Source: Harriotta raleighana
Lineage: Eukaryota
NCBI GenBank assembly: GCA_050575255.1
Contig: JBNZDD010013586.1
Span: forward strand, 525,083 to 589,082
Direction: 5' to 3'
DNA: 64,000 bases
The notes beneath the pieces were generated by a model. It was given only the letters and a program-made list of their open reading frames with translations. It was not told the DNA's origin and did no database searches. The first letter of the stretch is position 1; every line of letters starts with the position of its first letter. Both the position numbers and the translations under genes were made by a program. Shown one piece after another: positions 23,691 through 37,375 of this stretch.

Positions 23691-26600
23691 ACACTGTATT
23701 GACTAATTGTAAACCTGAGGGAACACCCTGTTAAATGTATTACTTTCCCAACGCACTCTGCCTTCATTTCTATGGAATGATATCTGTGAACTATATGCCA
23801 ATAGCAGCATTTTTCTCTTGTGTAGTTTTCCGGTTCACGTCTCAACTCTATTCTTAGCCTTACAGATGTGAAAGGTTGTTAAATATTCATTGATCTCTTG
23901 CACATACTATTTAATGGTAATTGAGGAATTTAATTGGTGTATAACTGAAAGTTTCTATGCTGGGTATATAGCGAAATGCAAAAATGAGGATATAATTTGC
24001 TCCAAAATGCTAAACAATGATGCAATGTAAAATCTGAAAGAAGAAAACCCAACAAGGCGAAAAACAGCTGGAATATATTAACTCTAGCATTTTGTATCTG
24101 GACTAGTAAAATTTCAGCCCATCAATAATCGATTACAAATGTATACATTTTCCCCAGCCCTAATCTGCCTGTGTTTTTAATCTTCAGAAGAGTTTGGTAC
24201 ATTTTACGTTGATACTTTTTAGTCAATACTGTAAGGCTCCACCATACTGTGAGGCTTTTACTTACGCGATCTATTTGATTTTATTTGAAGCTGCATGTTA
24301 CAACTCGACCCAACCACCTTTTTGAAAACATTCTGGACTTTTTCGGTTGCAATCCGACTGATAACAAATGATAGATTTCTGCATTTACTAATTCACTGGA
24401 GTATCTAAATCAGCTTCTGACAAGACTGGGCTGCATTGCTCACTTTGTTCAGCTGCTATCTGAATCCTTCAGGACAAGGAATGTTTCACAACCTGACAAG
24501 TCATGTAGTTAAACTGCTCACTTTGCACCACTGAGAGAAATTAATTTTGTTGCTATCTACTGTTATTCAGGCCACCAACTCATCAAAGTTTGTCGCTCGT
24601 GCTAAAAAAGCAACGTTTGCTCAATTGAGTTCACCTAAAGCCTCTGCTCTCCCAAACTGCACTTTTAACCTTACACTGCACTGTAATAAGATGTACTTGT
24701 TCGTAAATAGGACACATTTCAGTATAATTATGGGATCAGAGTAAGGATTCACTACCACAATGGGCATTCACAAACGAAACCTTAACTGGCCTTCCATTTT
24801 GAATCTCATAGATCACATCACCTATTATTACAGCAGTTACTTAGATAACTTAAGATCAACAAACTGAAGCTAATCTTGCTTTACATATATTGTAGACAGT
24901 CTCAATAAATGGGGGGAATTGGCCTATTAATGATTAAATTGACTAATATTTCATTGCCAGTCAAAGGGAAGTCTTTGTTATAGTGAATGGATGGATTAGT
25001 GGGGGAGGAGATCTTTCACTGTATTGGTGTCTATCTAACTGAAGATGATTTTTATAGAACGCAAAGAAAATCTTGTTCCTGTGTAGTTTGACTGTTTGGG
25101 GATTTGCCTTCTCCCTTGCCACAAGTTACGTTAAAAGTATATGGTACAAAATAGTCACAATGGTACAGATCATAGTCCAAAATGCAATACATTGTCAACC
25201 AGAAAATACCGACCATGCAGAGTACTTTGATGTTGGCTGGGGTTCGCCACAGCTAAGAAACCTTAAAATGTTACCTCATATACATCAGAGCAATTGTTAC
25301 TGTTTAGAGCAGCAGGAAAGATACTGGTGATTTACTCATCAGATAACTGGCACAACCAGATTGCCAGCGTTCAGTGAGTAGGTTAGCAGCCTGCTTTCTC
25401 CATTGTCCTGTTTGTCACGAGCCAAATGGTCATCACATGAAGTCAATGAGGCAGTTAAAAAAGGCAAAATATATAATGCCCTCTAGTGCATTATCTTATT
25501 CACATTGTCCATGACAACCCTGTCTAACACTGTGTATGTGGTTCAACCATCCTCCTCCCCCCCCAAAACCACACTGTCCTGGGTATTCCCACCTTCTGCG
25601 TGCTCTTAGAAAGTCATTTCACTCAATTATCCTATTAAATATTGATATCCTTCACAGCTTGAAGCATATCTGCTAAATAAACTGCGTTGCGTAAAATTTT
25701 AATTGGGATTAACTTTTGGGAAGAATGCTAGTCAAAATGGAAATTCATTTGCATTCAGGATAGAATATATAAAAGCAGAAATCAGTTACATCTGGTGACT
25801 ACACAATCTGGAGGGCAATTGTTATTCGTCTGGAGGGCATAGTTAATTTAAATAGAAACAATCTGATTTAAGATTTGATTGGTCTTGCCATATTCTCCCT
25901 TTAATTCCTATTGACATATTTTCCCTTGATATCTATGTGCTTAGTAACACACATGATTAATTCAAATTCTTTGTGAATAAGATAATGCGTCTCCTTACAT
26001 TGTGCTGTTTCAATGCCCTTCCGAATTTGGAAGGTGGTGTGGTGGGGTACAGGGGGGGAATTGGAATACACATAGAAAATGAGATTATTCTGATCGAGAA
26101 ATAAACTGTTGAGGGCTGTTGAGGGCCAGAGAAAAATAGAGTATAGAGGCAAGTCCTTGAACGCAACTATGATCAAAGAAATTTCATTCGCATCTGCACT
26201 GCTTAGTTCCTGTACAGCAAAGAGAAGGAAGACTAAGAGCAGTCACAGCTCATGATAGGAACCGACTGTCATGGATAAAATGAGTTCTGGCAGTTTGGGC
26301 CTCATCCCGGTGGACCAAAAAGCACTCACAAAAAATCCTGCTCGTAATGCTGTTGTGTTAGCTCAGATGGAGCTGAGCTAATAATATGGATATACCTGTC
26401 TTAATAGCCGCAGCTGCTATTTTCCCCCAACCCATCCAGAGCTCAGCTCAATTAACAGGCAAACAAATGAGCAAAATGAGGGTTTCGTCTTGAATTTTAA
26501 TTTTTTTTGGCAGTTACCGTTTCGCATGTATTCAACTTTTCTCACTGGAGACCGATTTCGTTCATCCCTCCCCAAAGTCAAAGCATTCCCAAGCCATCAG

Positions 26601-26752
26601 GCCATAAAGAGTGCAAATCCTTAACTGTCCAGTGCCTTGGGACGTCTTTCCTATGTGAAAATCACTATGTATATCAATGTAATTTGTTGTTGTCGTGCTT
26701 CATGTGAATGTGTGGCTGCTTTACGTCTGTTTTGCATTTTCTTATTTATTTA

Positions 26753-26857
26753 TTTTTTTTCCCACTCGGTGTGGGAAGATCACAATTCCTGGATGAATTG
26801 TGANTTTTTTTTTCCCCACTCGGCGTGGGAAGATCACAATTCCTGGATGAATTGTGA
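26753..26857. repeat. Direct duplication around N at 26804 (probable haplotype overlap)
   Basis: About 50 bp repeated, with a substitution and homopolymer length differences. Confidence 0.9.
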
Positions 26858-27187
26858 CATTGCCAATTAAATGTTAAATTTGCCGGCAACTAGCACAAAT
26901 TGTCTTGCTTGTACTGGGTGTTTTTTTAATATACTAACTGGATTGAAATGGAAAACCAATCTACACAGGTGCTGATAAAGATGAAACATAGATTTCCATC
27001 TTCATTTTTATTCCCGGTATGAATGCAGAAGCAACTTAGAACAGTGGTAAACAACAGTGAACTCCCGCCATTACTTCACAAGAGCAAAAGCCTTTGATAA
27101 TGCACATTTAATGTGTTACCTAACATAGCAGCTTGCATCCAAAGAGGTTAATATCATGAAAGTGCCTCATTTATACCGTAGGCACAC

Positions 27188-27362
27188 TTTATTTATTTAT
27201 TTATTTTTATATTATATTTATATAGCGCCTTTCACGTCAGGAGGACGTCCCAAGCCGCTGTACAGTCAAGTGGAGGGGGGGGGGGTCGGGGGAAAAAAAG
27301 TAGGAAAAACTGACTGTATATTTGTGGGCGAAACGCGGCAGCCAAATTGCGCACAGCAGAAC
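27188..27362 (-). mobile_element. Retroposon family B (SINE-A-like body plus alternative L2-type tail), 5'-truncated
   Basis: TATAGCGCCTTTCACGTCAGGAGGACGTCCCAAG...CTGTACAGTCAAGT...GACTGTATATTTGTGGGCGAAACGCGGCAGCCAAATTGCGCACAGCAG; (TAAA)n tail on the minus strand. Confidence 0.85.
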
Positions 27363-28106
27363 TCAGTCGCAAGGAAGACTAAATAGGAAGCGAGTTGAAA
27401 TATTTTCCACATGGTACCCTCATGATAACAGGCCTACACTCCAGCCTCCTGGAACTGTGAACAATAGAACATATCCCCATTACTTATCCCAGCAAGACCC
27501 AATCACCAATATAATTTAAGCTTGTTCTAACAGTTTACATGTTGAAAAGGTTGTTTCTTCCTGCGTGAACAAAATAAATACTAGAATGGAGGTAAAATGT
27601 TTTTTCTTCTTGGCTTATGTGGTGATATCTTTCACACGCATGTGGTGGGAACCAAATATTAGGTCCCAAAGGGCAGGGCGCATTAAGCAAGCAAAGATTG
27701 CGTGCAGAATGCTCAAAATCTCTTTTCAATGTGAGCGCCAAGATCCAGCCATCTGTAAGATATTTACAGCAAAACATAACATTGGCTATACTTTCTGTAA
27801 AGGCTTAGAAAAGCACAGCCAGCTGGGATGGTAACCTTTAAAAACTGTAGGCAAAATATTAAAAGCAATTGCACAATCACTGGTGACATTATGTCAGCTG
27901 TCCTTGTCGTCAGTGTATTTTCCAGATAGTGTACTTAGGCATCTCATTCAAAGCGAGCCAAAATGCCAGAAATTGATTGTTTGCTTACAAAATTAACCCT
28001 GGATATAATTCTTACTATTGTTACGTTGGATGCTCTGTGTGAAAATAGCACTCATGAAACACTCAATAATAAACAATTGTTTAAACAATAAACTATTTAA
28101 ACAATA

Positions 28107-28235
28107 GTAAATTGGTCAAATCAATCCATGACTGTTTGTGGGACACCTCTGTGCGCAATAGGCTGCTGTGTTTCGCCCTCAAATACACAGTCAATTCACT
28201 TTACAATATATCCTGTGAAGCACTTTGAGGCATCT
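28107..28235 (+). mobile_element. SINE family A internal fragment
   Basis: AAATTGGTCAAATCAATCCATGACTGTTTGTGGGACAC...CAGTCAATTCACTTTAC. Confidence 0.85.
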
Positions 28236-28724
28236 TATTGTTAGCCATAGGGGGATTTACAGTATCACTAAAATTATTATTGTCCTGGTAGTCACCATAT
28301 CAAAACTCTTCTGATGCAACCAGCTTTGTACTCCAATATTTAAGTATCACTATCTGTCATTGAGATGTTTGTTCAATGGAGGTCAACTTCAAGAATTCAG
28401 AGTTAGCTCATTCACATCATGGAACTCCACACCACTGCTCTTCACATCTCCTCCCATCCATCCACCCTCCAAGTATTAGTAATGCAATGATATCAAGCAC
28501 ATACCAAGCATCCTGAAATGAATACTTCTTTTTTTCTAAAAAAATTCAATATTTCCGAAACATAGCATCCATCCAGAATTCCACATTTTGATTAATGAAC
28601 AATTCACCCAAAATGTTGTTTTCAATCTATGAGCAACTGTTTTCCTACAAAAAAAAAGTCATTACACTATCTTAAAAAGTGCTTTGAGACATCAACTGTG
28701 ACACTGTATCAAATGTAAGGATTA

Positions 28725-29007
28725 TCAATCAATCAAAATTACATTTATCTAGCGCCTTTCATGTCGGGAGGGCGTCCCAAGACGCTGTACAGTCAAGTAG
28801 GGATCAGAGTGGGAGGTGGGGAAGGAAAGTAGGAAAAATTGACTGTATATTTGTGGGCGAAAACACGGCAGCCAAATTGCTCACAGCAGTGTCCCACAAA
28901 CAGTCATGGAAGGCGGGTTAGGGGAGAAAGGGGGGAAAGATGGCAAGGGGTGAAGTCGGAGTAGGGGGAAGGAGAACAGGAAAAAACGGCTGTATATTTG
29001 TGGGTGA
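28725..29007 (-). mobile_element. Retroposon family B, inserted in the tail of a plus-strand SINE A fragment (about 28660-28725)
   Basis: Same structure as the 27188 and 59661 copies, with a (TTGA)n tail; a second GGAAAAA..CTGTATATTTGTGGG motif at about 28978-29005. Confidence 0.85.
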
Positions 29008-31124
29008 ATTTATTACCACTATTTAGTGAATTATTACTACTATTTAGCAGTGTTGGAAGACTGTCCGTGTAATAATTGCTACAACAAAGCTAACAAGTAG
29101 TATCTATGCCATGAGCAATTCTAACAACTTGGATCCAGCATGTCATGGTTGTTATGGAAACACTCAATCGAGAGGCTGAAGTCTGAGGCGAAACGATCAG
29201 GGAATGAACTTTGATCCAAAGGAAGTGAGTTCACTTAAAATGCTGCCAATAACTAATTCATGGACACTTCAGAGGAAATGAGGCCTTTCGCTCATTAAAG
29301 CCTGCTGAGAGACATCGAGCTATAAGAACTACGACTTCATACGCTTTTCTTTCGGCTTTTCCTGACCTGTGAGCAGGATGCAGTGGTAATAGGAGGTAGA
29401 GAAGCTGAGCACAATTCCCTGTGGAGGATTTGCCAACTAGAAGGCCATTAGTGGCAGTGTGTATCTGTAAACTGGGAGGACTTGTATTGTGTTGTGTGCA
29501 AGGTGAATTGCTTGCAATGTGCCTGGGGAATTAGCTACCGGCTGTCTGTTTTCTATATGAATAAACTATTATTTCTTCCACTGCATCCCAAAGCTGAAAA
29601 AATACTTACGTTAGATATCCAGTAAACAAGACATTAACAAATAACGGAGCTCAGCAAATATAATCCTGTTAAATTTTGTTCAAATTAATTCTGTAGAATA
29701 TTGGATAGGTTCATAAATAAGACAATTGCATAGTTATACTCACTTAATAGGGTGTGGTGAGTTATTTAATATAGCTTGAAAGTAAGTTATTGAAAGTAAA
29801 TCCAATCCACAATTTTATGAGGAATAATGGTTAAAAAAAAGATTATTCTGCTAATACAGGCAACTGATATATGTATATTCAGGAAGATGTATGGGACAAA
29901 ATTTATGGTATTTCTTATCCTTTTCCTTGTGTTAAATAAGAGAAGCATCTTGGCAAAATGTTCTCCTTCATCTCAGAAACAGTTCCTGTTAACAAGGCAT
30001 TATAAAATTGCATTTTTCAATCAATATTTTGTACAGTACTTGCGTTATTGCAAACTGATTAGTTTGCGAAGCAGAGTACGATCGAGGAATTCCATTTGCC
30101 GCAAAGTCTAGCAATTTGAGAAGGATTTGCAAACGTGGACTAGTTGCTTGTGCAAAATCGCTTTATATTCTCATGAGCCAAAATACACATGTATTCGAAG
30201 CACACCGAACTGTGATAAATACCCTAAGGCTACTTATAAATATAAACAGCTTTTGGATTAGGGTAGCAAGTCTTAATGCATTTATTAACACTCAATCAGG
30301 ACTTGTTAGTTCAATATTACGAAATGGATTGGGGAATAAGGCCAATGACTTTCCCAGCATCTGTTAGGGTGTTTGGACTTCAGTCGTGGCCAAGTATTAT
30401 TGGCAGAGGGTGTTTTTCTATTATACAAGTGTATGATTTCTGTGAATATGGACTGGACCGCTCCCTCATTAGTTTGGCTAGCCAGGGGGATTATCCATAC
30501 AAATGCAGACATTCATTCATATTTTTATCTATCGACATTAAAATCTAGCAATGTATCATGCAACTGTTTACTGGTTTGGGTTTTAAGACATATTCATCGA
30601 GAAGCAGAATTCAACAAAGAACAGGGACAATGTCTCAATACCTAAAACAGTAACTGGTTGCAATTTGGCAAAAGGAATGAAGGCTAAGATCGGAAATGAT
30701 TTCACCCTTTCCAGCAATTTGATAATTATCACATTCTTTACCTCACAGTATTGTTAGAGGCATACATTTCAGTGCCTCGGGATGTCCTCCCGAGGTGAAA
30801 GGCGCTCTACAAGTATAGTTTTGTTGTTGTTGTTCTTGGCACGTGGAAACCTGCACCCGAGCTGTTTCCAAAGCAAAGCTACTTAATATTTGCTTCATTT
30901 CTTTGAAACTGTCATTCAAATCGAGCAAGACTCAGAATCAAGTTTGACTTGACTGCTGAATAGTTGCTTGGATTTTTAATTGTCCAGGAGTTTGTCAACT
31001 CTTTTATATGGTGAAAGCCTTTGCTCCCTGGTTGATTTATCGCCAGTTGTGTGCCAAAATTTTATAAACATGCTCTTCCCTGTTCCTTAGATCCTAAAAT
31101 AAGAAGTACTCATCAAACACGTCC

Positions 31125-31302
31125 CAAAAAAACCACAATAATAAAATTGGTCAATTCAATCCACGACTGTTTGTGGGACACTGCTGTGTGCAATTGGCTG
31201 CCGCGTTTCTCCCACAAATATACAGTCAATTCACCTTACAGTATATTCTATGAGATGTCTAGAAGATGTGAAAAGCGCTATATCAAATTCTAGGATTATT
31301 AT
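31125..31302 (+). mobile_element. SINE family A, 5'-truncated
   Basis: CAATCCACGACTGTTTGTGGGACACTGCTGTGTGCAATTGGCTGCCGCG...AAAAGCGCTATATCAAAT. Confidence 0.9.
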
Positions 31303-32544
31303 AAACACATGGACTTGGCTGATTGCACATCTTCAAATGTTAAATCCTCACCACTGAATTCCTTTGTTCGAAGGCCTAATTTTAACTGTTCTCTTTAGAA
31401 AATCACTTATTTTGCTAAGCTTTACTAAGTAGTGGAGGTATCAAGTTTAAAAGTGGATACTTTATGTAATAGCTAATTAACTCTAACATTCAGAGTTTGC
31501 TGTGAATGTTTTGTCATCACTTTTTCGTTAGTTTGCTTTAGAATGAGGGAAAAAAAAGTCATTATTTTGTTTAGTTCAACTAACTGTTTGAAAAGAGGCC
31601 ACAAAATATTTGCTAATTGGGCATGTCATTATCAATATTACAAAGAAATTTCACTTTTTGTTCAAGGACAATACCTATTATCTTTTTATTAAGTTTAGAT
31701 TTGGGACTAGTGTTTTGTAGGGTGCCAGATATGATCAGATAAGTTACAGTTTTTATAACAATTTCTATAAATTATTTCTATGTTGCTCTTGATCTTAATC
31801 CTCCCTTGGAAGTTCAAAATAAATTAATTGAGAATAATACCTGGATTTGCTCCAAAGTGGATATTGTAATCGGACTCAGACTCACTGGCTTTTAGATCCA
31901 CGATATGTTTCAGCCGTGACGTCTGCTGTAGAAAAATTAGGTATTCACTAGGGGTATTTGTAATGTTTGTACAGTTTTCCACATATTGATTCCAAAACAG
32001 AACTGATAGTAGTGCATAGCTGTGAAGAGGCTTTGATCAGCAGTCTGGAATTCTTTAAAATATTTAGGCGATTAGCCATTAGCATGTAGAGTTAAATACT
32101 GATCTAGCAGATAACAGGCAGAAATAATCCCTTTTTAGTATTCTACTTGCACTTGATTCCAAACTGTATCCATTGCCTTAGAAGGAAGACTATGTATTCT
32201 GTGTTGAGTAAGTGCAAAGTACAGTATATTATAATCATTTAACACTAAAGGTGTTTATTTCAGCTCGTATGTCTTTCTTATCCTGAAGATGCTGAATCAT
32301 AATGGACACATTGCCCATTCTTCAAATCCCTCTTTCAAATAGTTATGTTTCATGCATAAGCCTAGACAGCGAGTTACTCACATGAAAGGCAATACGGTTA
32401 CCTTTGTTCTCACCCTACATCTGCCCTTGTATGGAGTACAACACTGAGACTAATTATACTACCCCAGCTCAACAACAACAACAACAACAGCAAATTACAT
32501 ATTTGTATAGCACCTTTCAGGTCAGGAGGACACAACAGTTGAAT

Positions 32545-32783
32545 AAGAGGACACAAGTTTAGCGTTGTAAAGGGCAATTTCGGGACAGATATTTTTCTTG
32601 ATGCACAGGGTAATGAACAACTGGACCACGCTGCTGTAAAGGTGGAAAGGCCAGTACACTAGCCTCATTTAAAAGGTAGCTTGTTGCCGTGTGGAGGGGA
32701 CGGTAGGGTGGGTGTACTGGAAGGGTGCGATTCGGATGGGTCAAATCGATCTTCCTTATCCAGACCAGTCTTGTGATCTTGTA
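32545..32783 (+). mobile_element. CR1-clade LINE 3' end
   Basis: Degenerate VVKGNFGTDI...HRVMNNW...SFKR.L followed by a 3' UTR ending CTTGTGATCTTGTA; resembles the copies at 23459 and 36040. Confidence 0.75.
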
Positions 32784-33623
32784 AAAAAAGCAATCACCCA
32801 AGGAGAAGGTGGAAGGAAAGTCAATGCAGGATCTGTCCCAAGCTAAAAAAAAAAGCACTCTACAAATGAGTACCAATCAGGCAGAACAATGGAAGAATTA
32901 TTGGCACAGTCTGAGTTGTGTCCCCACAATTTATCCTGATGCAACCAAACACTCTCATTGTCCCAATACTAAGGGAAAAGCTCCCTATCACAATAGTAAA
33001 GAGCAAAACCAAGCCTTCATGGCAAGCTTTTGCATTCATCGCTTTTAAATGCAAACTGTACAATCCAATTCCAGTGTTCCCTAGATAACCATTATTTTAA
33101 TACTCACAACATTCACACACTGAAACCACTACCAGGTTACAGCCTGAGGTAATAGAGGGTTGTCTCGGAATCTATTCAAGTATGAAATATTCCTTCAATG
33201 TTTATTTTCTTAACTAATTGAGTGTTCCATAAATAAAGAAATCAACAGTTAAACAGGTTTGAATAGAAAGATTTTTTTTTAAAATGGGCTACATTTACCC
33301 GCAGAGCACAGGAATCTTCAACCAAGCAAAACATTTATTGGCAAGCCAAGTTTTAAAATGATCCTAAATTATGATCACAATGATAAAAGGTTAATCTTGT
33401 AACCTTTGTGAAAAAAAATCAATCTTCCAGAAGTCATTGATTACTGCATGACCTCCTAAAATGGACTCAATGGATGAAAAGAATTTGCCTAGTTGTTTCG
33501 ATGATTCATCATTCAATATGTCCAAATACTGTGAAAAAGCAGTAAACTAACACTAAACCAGATAATATTGTCTGTGAGTTTCAAACCTTCAGACATCAAT
33601 TGGAAGATGCATACTGTCAGCCT

Positions 33624-33905
33624 AGCAGTCTCAGCCTTATGCCAGAATGCTACAGATTTAAGCCGCACTTTAGGACTTTTAAGAGTTCATAACCTAGGCT
33701 GTCACTGTCAATACTGGATGTGTGTGTCTTTTAGATGAGACCTGGTTCTATCTGCCTGTTCGGGTGGAAGTTAAAAGATCCCATTGCACTACTCGAAAAG
33801 AGAAAAGGTTTCCCCCCCACCCCGTGTGCTCACCAACAAATCCGCCAAATAAAATTGGTCGCTCGTTCCATGGCTGTTTTGTCGAACATTGCTGTCAACA
33901 ACTGC
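33624..33905 (+). mobile_element. Deu-domain SINE
   Basis: Clear Deu core GTCTTTTAGATGAGAC...CTGCCTGTTCGGGTGGAAGTTAAAAGATCCCATTGCACTACTCGAAAAGAG. Confidence 0.8.
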
Positions 33906-34519
33906 AAGAGGTTTCTCAGGTGATCCAGGCAGACACTTGCGTCAAATCATTATTGGTACGACTGTAATAAGTTGGGGAGAAAAAAAATAAGTTCCATGAC
34001 TACCCTGATCCAAATGTAGATTTGCACCCCATTAACAGCCTATTTTATGGAAGTCTTATCCCAAGTGGAAGTATATATGTTGCCAAACGAATTATAATTG
34101 TTACTGAAACTACTTTTTCAAATGATACATGAACAGCTGGATTTTCCATTTGACCATTGAGTTAGTTTACCAGCACGCAAGATGCCAACAAAGTTAGCAT
34201 TTTCCACTATATGGTGGTTACTGACATCAATGTAAATTGCTGTTCTAACCAAGAGCCAGTTGCGATTGTAATGAGGGTACCTGAGATTATAATTGTAGTA
34301 TTAAAACACCACCTCGGAGCTTTCCATGACTAATGTTTCTTGGACTAATTTAAAAGTGGTCGAAAGAATGTGCGAGAATTTCAACAACAACAAAATTAGA
34401 TTTGTATAGCGCCTTTCACGTCCCAAAGTGCTGGAAGAAGTTCCCAAAGAACATATCCCACTTGGATTGTAGAATAACAAATGAAACAAATTAGAAAACC
34501 TTTGATTGATCACATTGTC

Positions 34520-34625
34520 AAGATGTCTCAAAGCTGCTTCATGGAATTTTACTGTAAAGTCTAATGATTGTATTTGTAGGCGAACGTAACAACCAAATTG
34601 CACAGCTTAGTGTCGCAGAAACAAC
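34520..34625 (-). mobile_element. SINE family A fragment, diverged
   Basis: GATGTCTCAAAG..CTTCA...TGTATTTGTAGGCGAACG...CCAAATTGCACAGC. Confidence 0.65.
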
Positions 34626-35214
34626 CATGCAGTGATCGACCAGAACATCTTGCAAAAGGTCATTTGTTTCCTGAGCGCCAGAAGCCACTATGAACTGATG
34701 AAAGGGAAGAACTCTCTGTGGATTTGGAAGCAAACACGGAAATGCTTTCGAGCCGCAAAAAGCAAAATTGAATCGTAGAATTAAATGTAACATTCCTCTC
34801 TCTGACTATTGAAAGAGGTGCAGGTGTGATTATGGTACTCTGGTGTCTTGACAAGAAGGGAATAAAACAGGAAAGTGCTTTATTCTGGTGTAGAAGCTTA
34901 TCTGGCACTCAAGTCAGGTACAATGCTCATTTACTGAGAAAGGGCATCTTGTCTTGATGTGTGTAATATAAAAATCCTGGCCATCTGTGAAAAAAAACAT
35001 ACATCATTACAGATGAGAAAGCATTACAATTTGACAATGAAATAAATCTGCTGGTTGGTACAGTCTGAGTTAGTCATTTGAATTTTAATTTGCAGTTGAG
35101 TGTCTAAACCAAACGAAATGGTGTGCCAGATATTCAATCACAAAAGTCTGCATAAAGATGCATAAAGATGTAATGAAACTGGGAAATGAATGGCATTAAA
35201 TGGTCGTTTAGGGG

Positions 35215-35420
35215 AATTACCTCCCTCACTCCCTTCGACCCCCCCCCCACCCTCTCACACCCCCTCCTTTCCCATTTTCAGGTTGTACCTGAAGATTTTT
35301 CTGTTCGACCGCACCTTTGGTCACCTTTTCCCTCTCCCTCTGGCTCGGCCCCAGGCTCTGCTTTTTGAAGTGCTCTGAGATGCCGTCTGGCGTGGAGGGT
35401 GCTACATGAAACCAAGTTGT
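35215..35420 (+). mobile_element. L2-like LINE 3' end, diverged
   Basis: Pyrimidine-rich ORF end then GAAGTGCTCTGAGATGCC...GGTGCTACATGAAACCAAGTTGT, similar to 21452-21810. Confidence 0.6.
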
Positions 35421-36039
35421 GATCAGGAAAATCGTGCAACGAATAACAGGTTAAAAGAATTGTTCTAAGATTGAGACGTTTGCTTGAGGAACAGCAACTT
35501 AAAACACAGCAACTATGGATACATTTTGTGTTCCTGCCGAGCCTGCAGTGCTCGAAGGAAATTCAAATGCTGCGTCCATGCTCAGCCTCTTGCAAGGAGA
35601 AATTAGGGTAAACTGACGATGAGTGGTTTGAACACAATAATGTCTTAAAAGTTGTTATATATAACATTTATTACAGTCCCAAAAAGGGAGAACTGTACAT
35701 CTCACTTGAATGTAGGACTCCTTTACTCATGAAACAAACGTTACATTCCACAACTCCCTTTCACGTCCTGAGATCAAACCTTAGACACCAGATGTTATTC
35801 TCAGCTGGACTGTGGGGATGAGATCCAAAATAGCTTCCAAGTGAAAATGTATTTAACTTGAGCATATCCAGTCAGATACAAATGACGTGAGTGGTCACTG
35901 CAATTCAAATGTTTTTTTTTTCCAGGCTGAATATTGCAGCTGAAACATCTGAATACAAAGCTGTTGGGCTCGAGGCCTATAGTTAGGTATGACCATCATG
36001 CTTCACAGCTAAAGTGGTTCTCCTTTCTCACTTCGCAGG

Positions 36040-36490
36040 TTTGGATGAAGAAAGCCCCTTTAACTCATCTGATTTCATGCCTCCAGAACACTCCTCCTAT
36101 CATCTCCTCCCAACATGGCACCAAGCCGCTTTTTAAATAAGTCCAATGCTCTGAACACAAATACCTTTCCTGACAATATGTTCCCATCATTAATTACTTT
36201 GTGAGTTNATCTCCTCCCAACATGGCACCAAGCCGCTTTTTAAATAAGTCCAATGCTCCGAACACAAACACCTTTCCTGACAATATGTTCCCATCATTAA
36301 TTACTTTGTGAGTTAAGAAGAACCTACTGGTATTTGTCCTGAAATTACTCTTTTCTACTCTGAACCTACATCGTCTTATTCTACCGTCTCGGTGCATCCT
36401 AAAGTATTTTGATGGGTTTCACTTTTCAATCCCATTTTAAATGTTGTACAGTTCTTCGAGATAACCCTCGGCATTCTCTTCTGTCCAGAC
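36040..36490 (-). mobile_element. CR1-clade LINE 3' end; 36102-36207 is duplicated at 36209-36314 across N at 36208
   Basis: ORF track 36194..36397 gives FRTNTSRFFLTHKVINDGN...LDLFKKRL, the CR1 terminal motif. Confidence 0.85.
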
Positions 36491-37223
36491 ATTTCTTACT
36501 ATGAAGGTAATTATGGGAGGAAAGTCTTCAACCTAATGGTGATTGGAAACAGAACTAAATGGAGGCAATTTGATAAAAAGGTACAACATTTTCCAGCAAA
36601 AATCCAATTGCCATGATGACTTTGTTTGATGGATGGCTGCAATCTGGGCACACATTCGAGTTATTTCTTTGCAAGTGGTCTTGGGTGGGTGAAGAAATTT
36701 TCATCTGTACAGTATCACGTTCCTTCTGTATATGCCATGCAACCCTGCCAGAATATTAACAAGCTTTCCATTGCCTAAACAATGGTATGAAAGCTTAAAA
36801 GTCAAATGTTAATAACTGTAAATGTCACAATGGGCGATGCCGGCTAGCAACAGACGTTTGAGGAATCTCTAGCGTTGGCCAGAATCCTCCTCTCTGGGAT
36901 TTGAGTTAATTAAAAGATTTCTTAAGAGAAATTAGTCCAGTAAGTTTTGTTATTTCATAAATCATACTGGAAGAATGTAAACACGGCCTTTTGTCTTCCT
37001 ACCCAGGATGTGCATGTTTACTTGCTCTTGGTGACTAATCAATTGACTATTCGGAATCATTATGCAATCCGACAATGCAGGCACGTCATTTGTGACGAAC
37101 AACAATAAGTTTGGCAATGGTTTCAGAGCTGAAAATTGTAAGCTTTGCGTTAACCAGATATCCTTAACCCCTGAAGGTACAGTGCTATGCAGCTGCATCA
37201 GCTTCCAAACCTAAATTGGTTTG

Positions 37224-37375
37224 AGGGCGAAACATGGTAGCCAATTGCTTACAGTAGTGAATCACAAACAGTGTTGGATTGAGCGCCAAAATTATTATTA
37301 TTTTCTCAAGATGGGTATCTTACCCGCGGAAAGCCGATTGACTAACAGCTATATCTAATCTTAACAGCTGAGCAC
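37224..37375 (-). mobile_element. SINE A variant with extra central segment, fragment
   Basis: SINE A body followed by TTACCCGCGGAAAGC..ATTGACTAACAGCT...TCTAA, similar to 47810-47870. Confidence 0.6.

Noticed and set aside
25535-25600. GGGAATACC motif on the minus strand recalling 5S rRNA
   Set aside because: Only a 9-bp match; neighbouring 5S motifs are absent or in the wrong order.
30036-30079. Imperfect hairpin TTGCAAACT-GATT-AGTTTGCGA with outer GTACT/AGTAC
   Set aside because: Too short for a pre-miRNA, no known mature miRNA match, and no transposon ends.
35926-35986. Strong plus-strand acceptor (T-run then CCAG) with a downstream TAG|GTATGA donor
   Set aside because: All three frames contain stops, the donor is mediocre, and the tract is a simple T-run.
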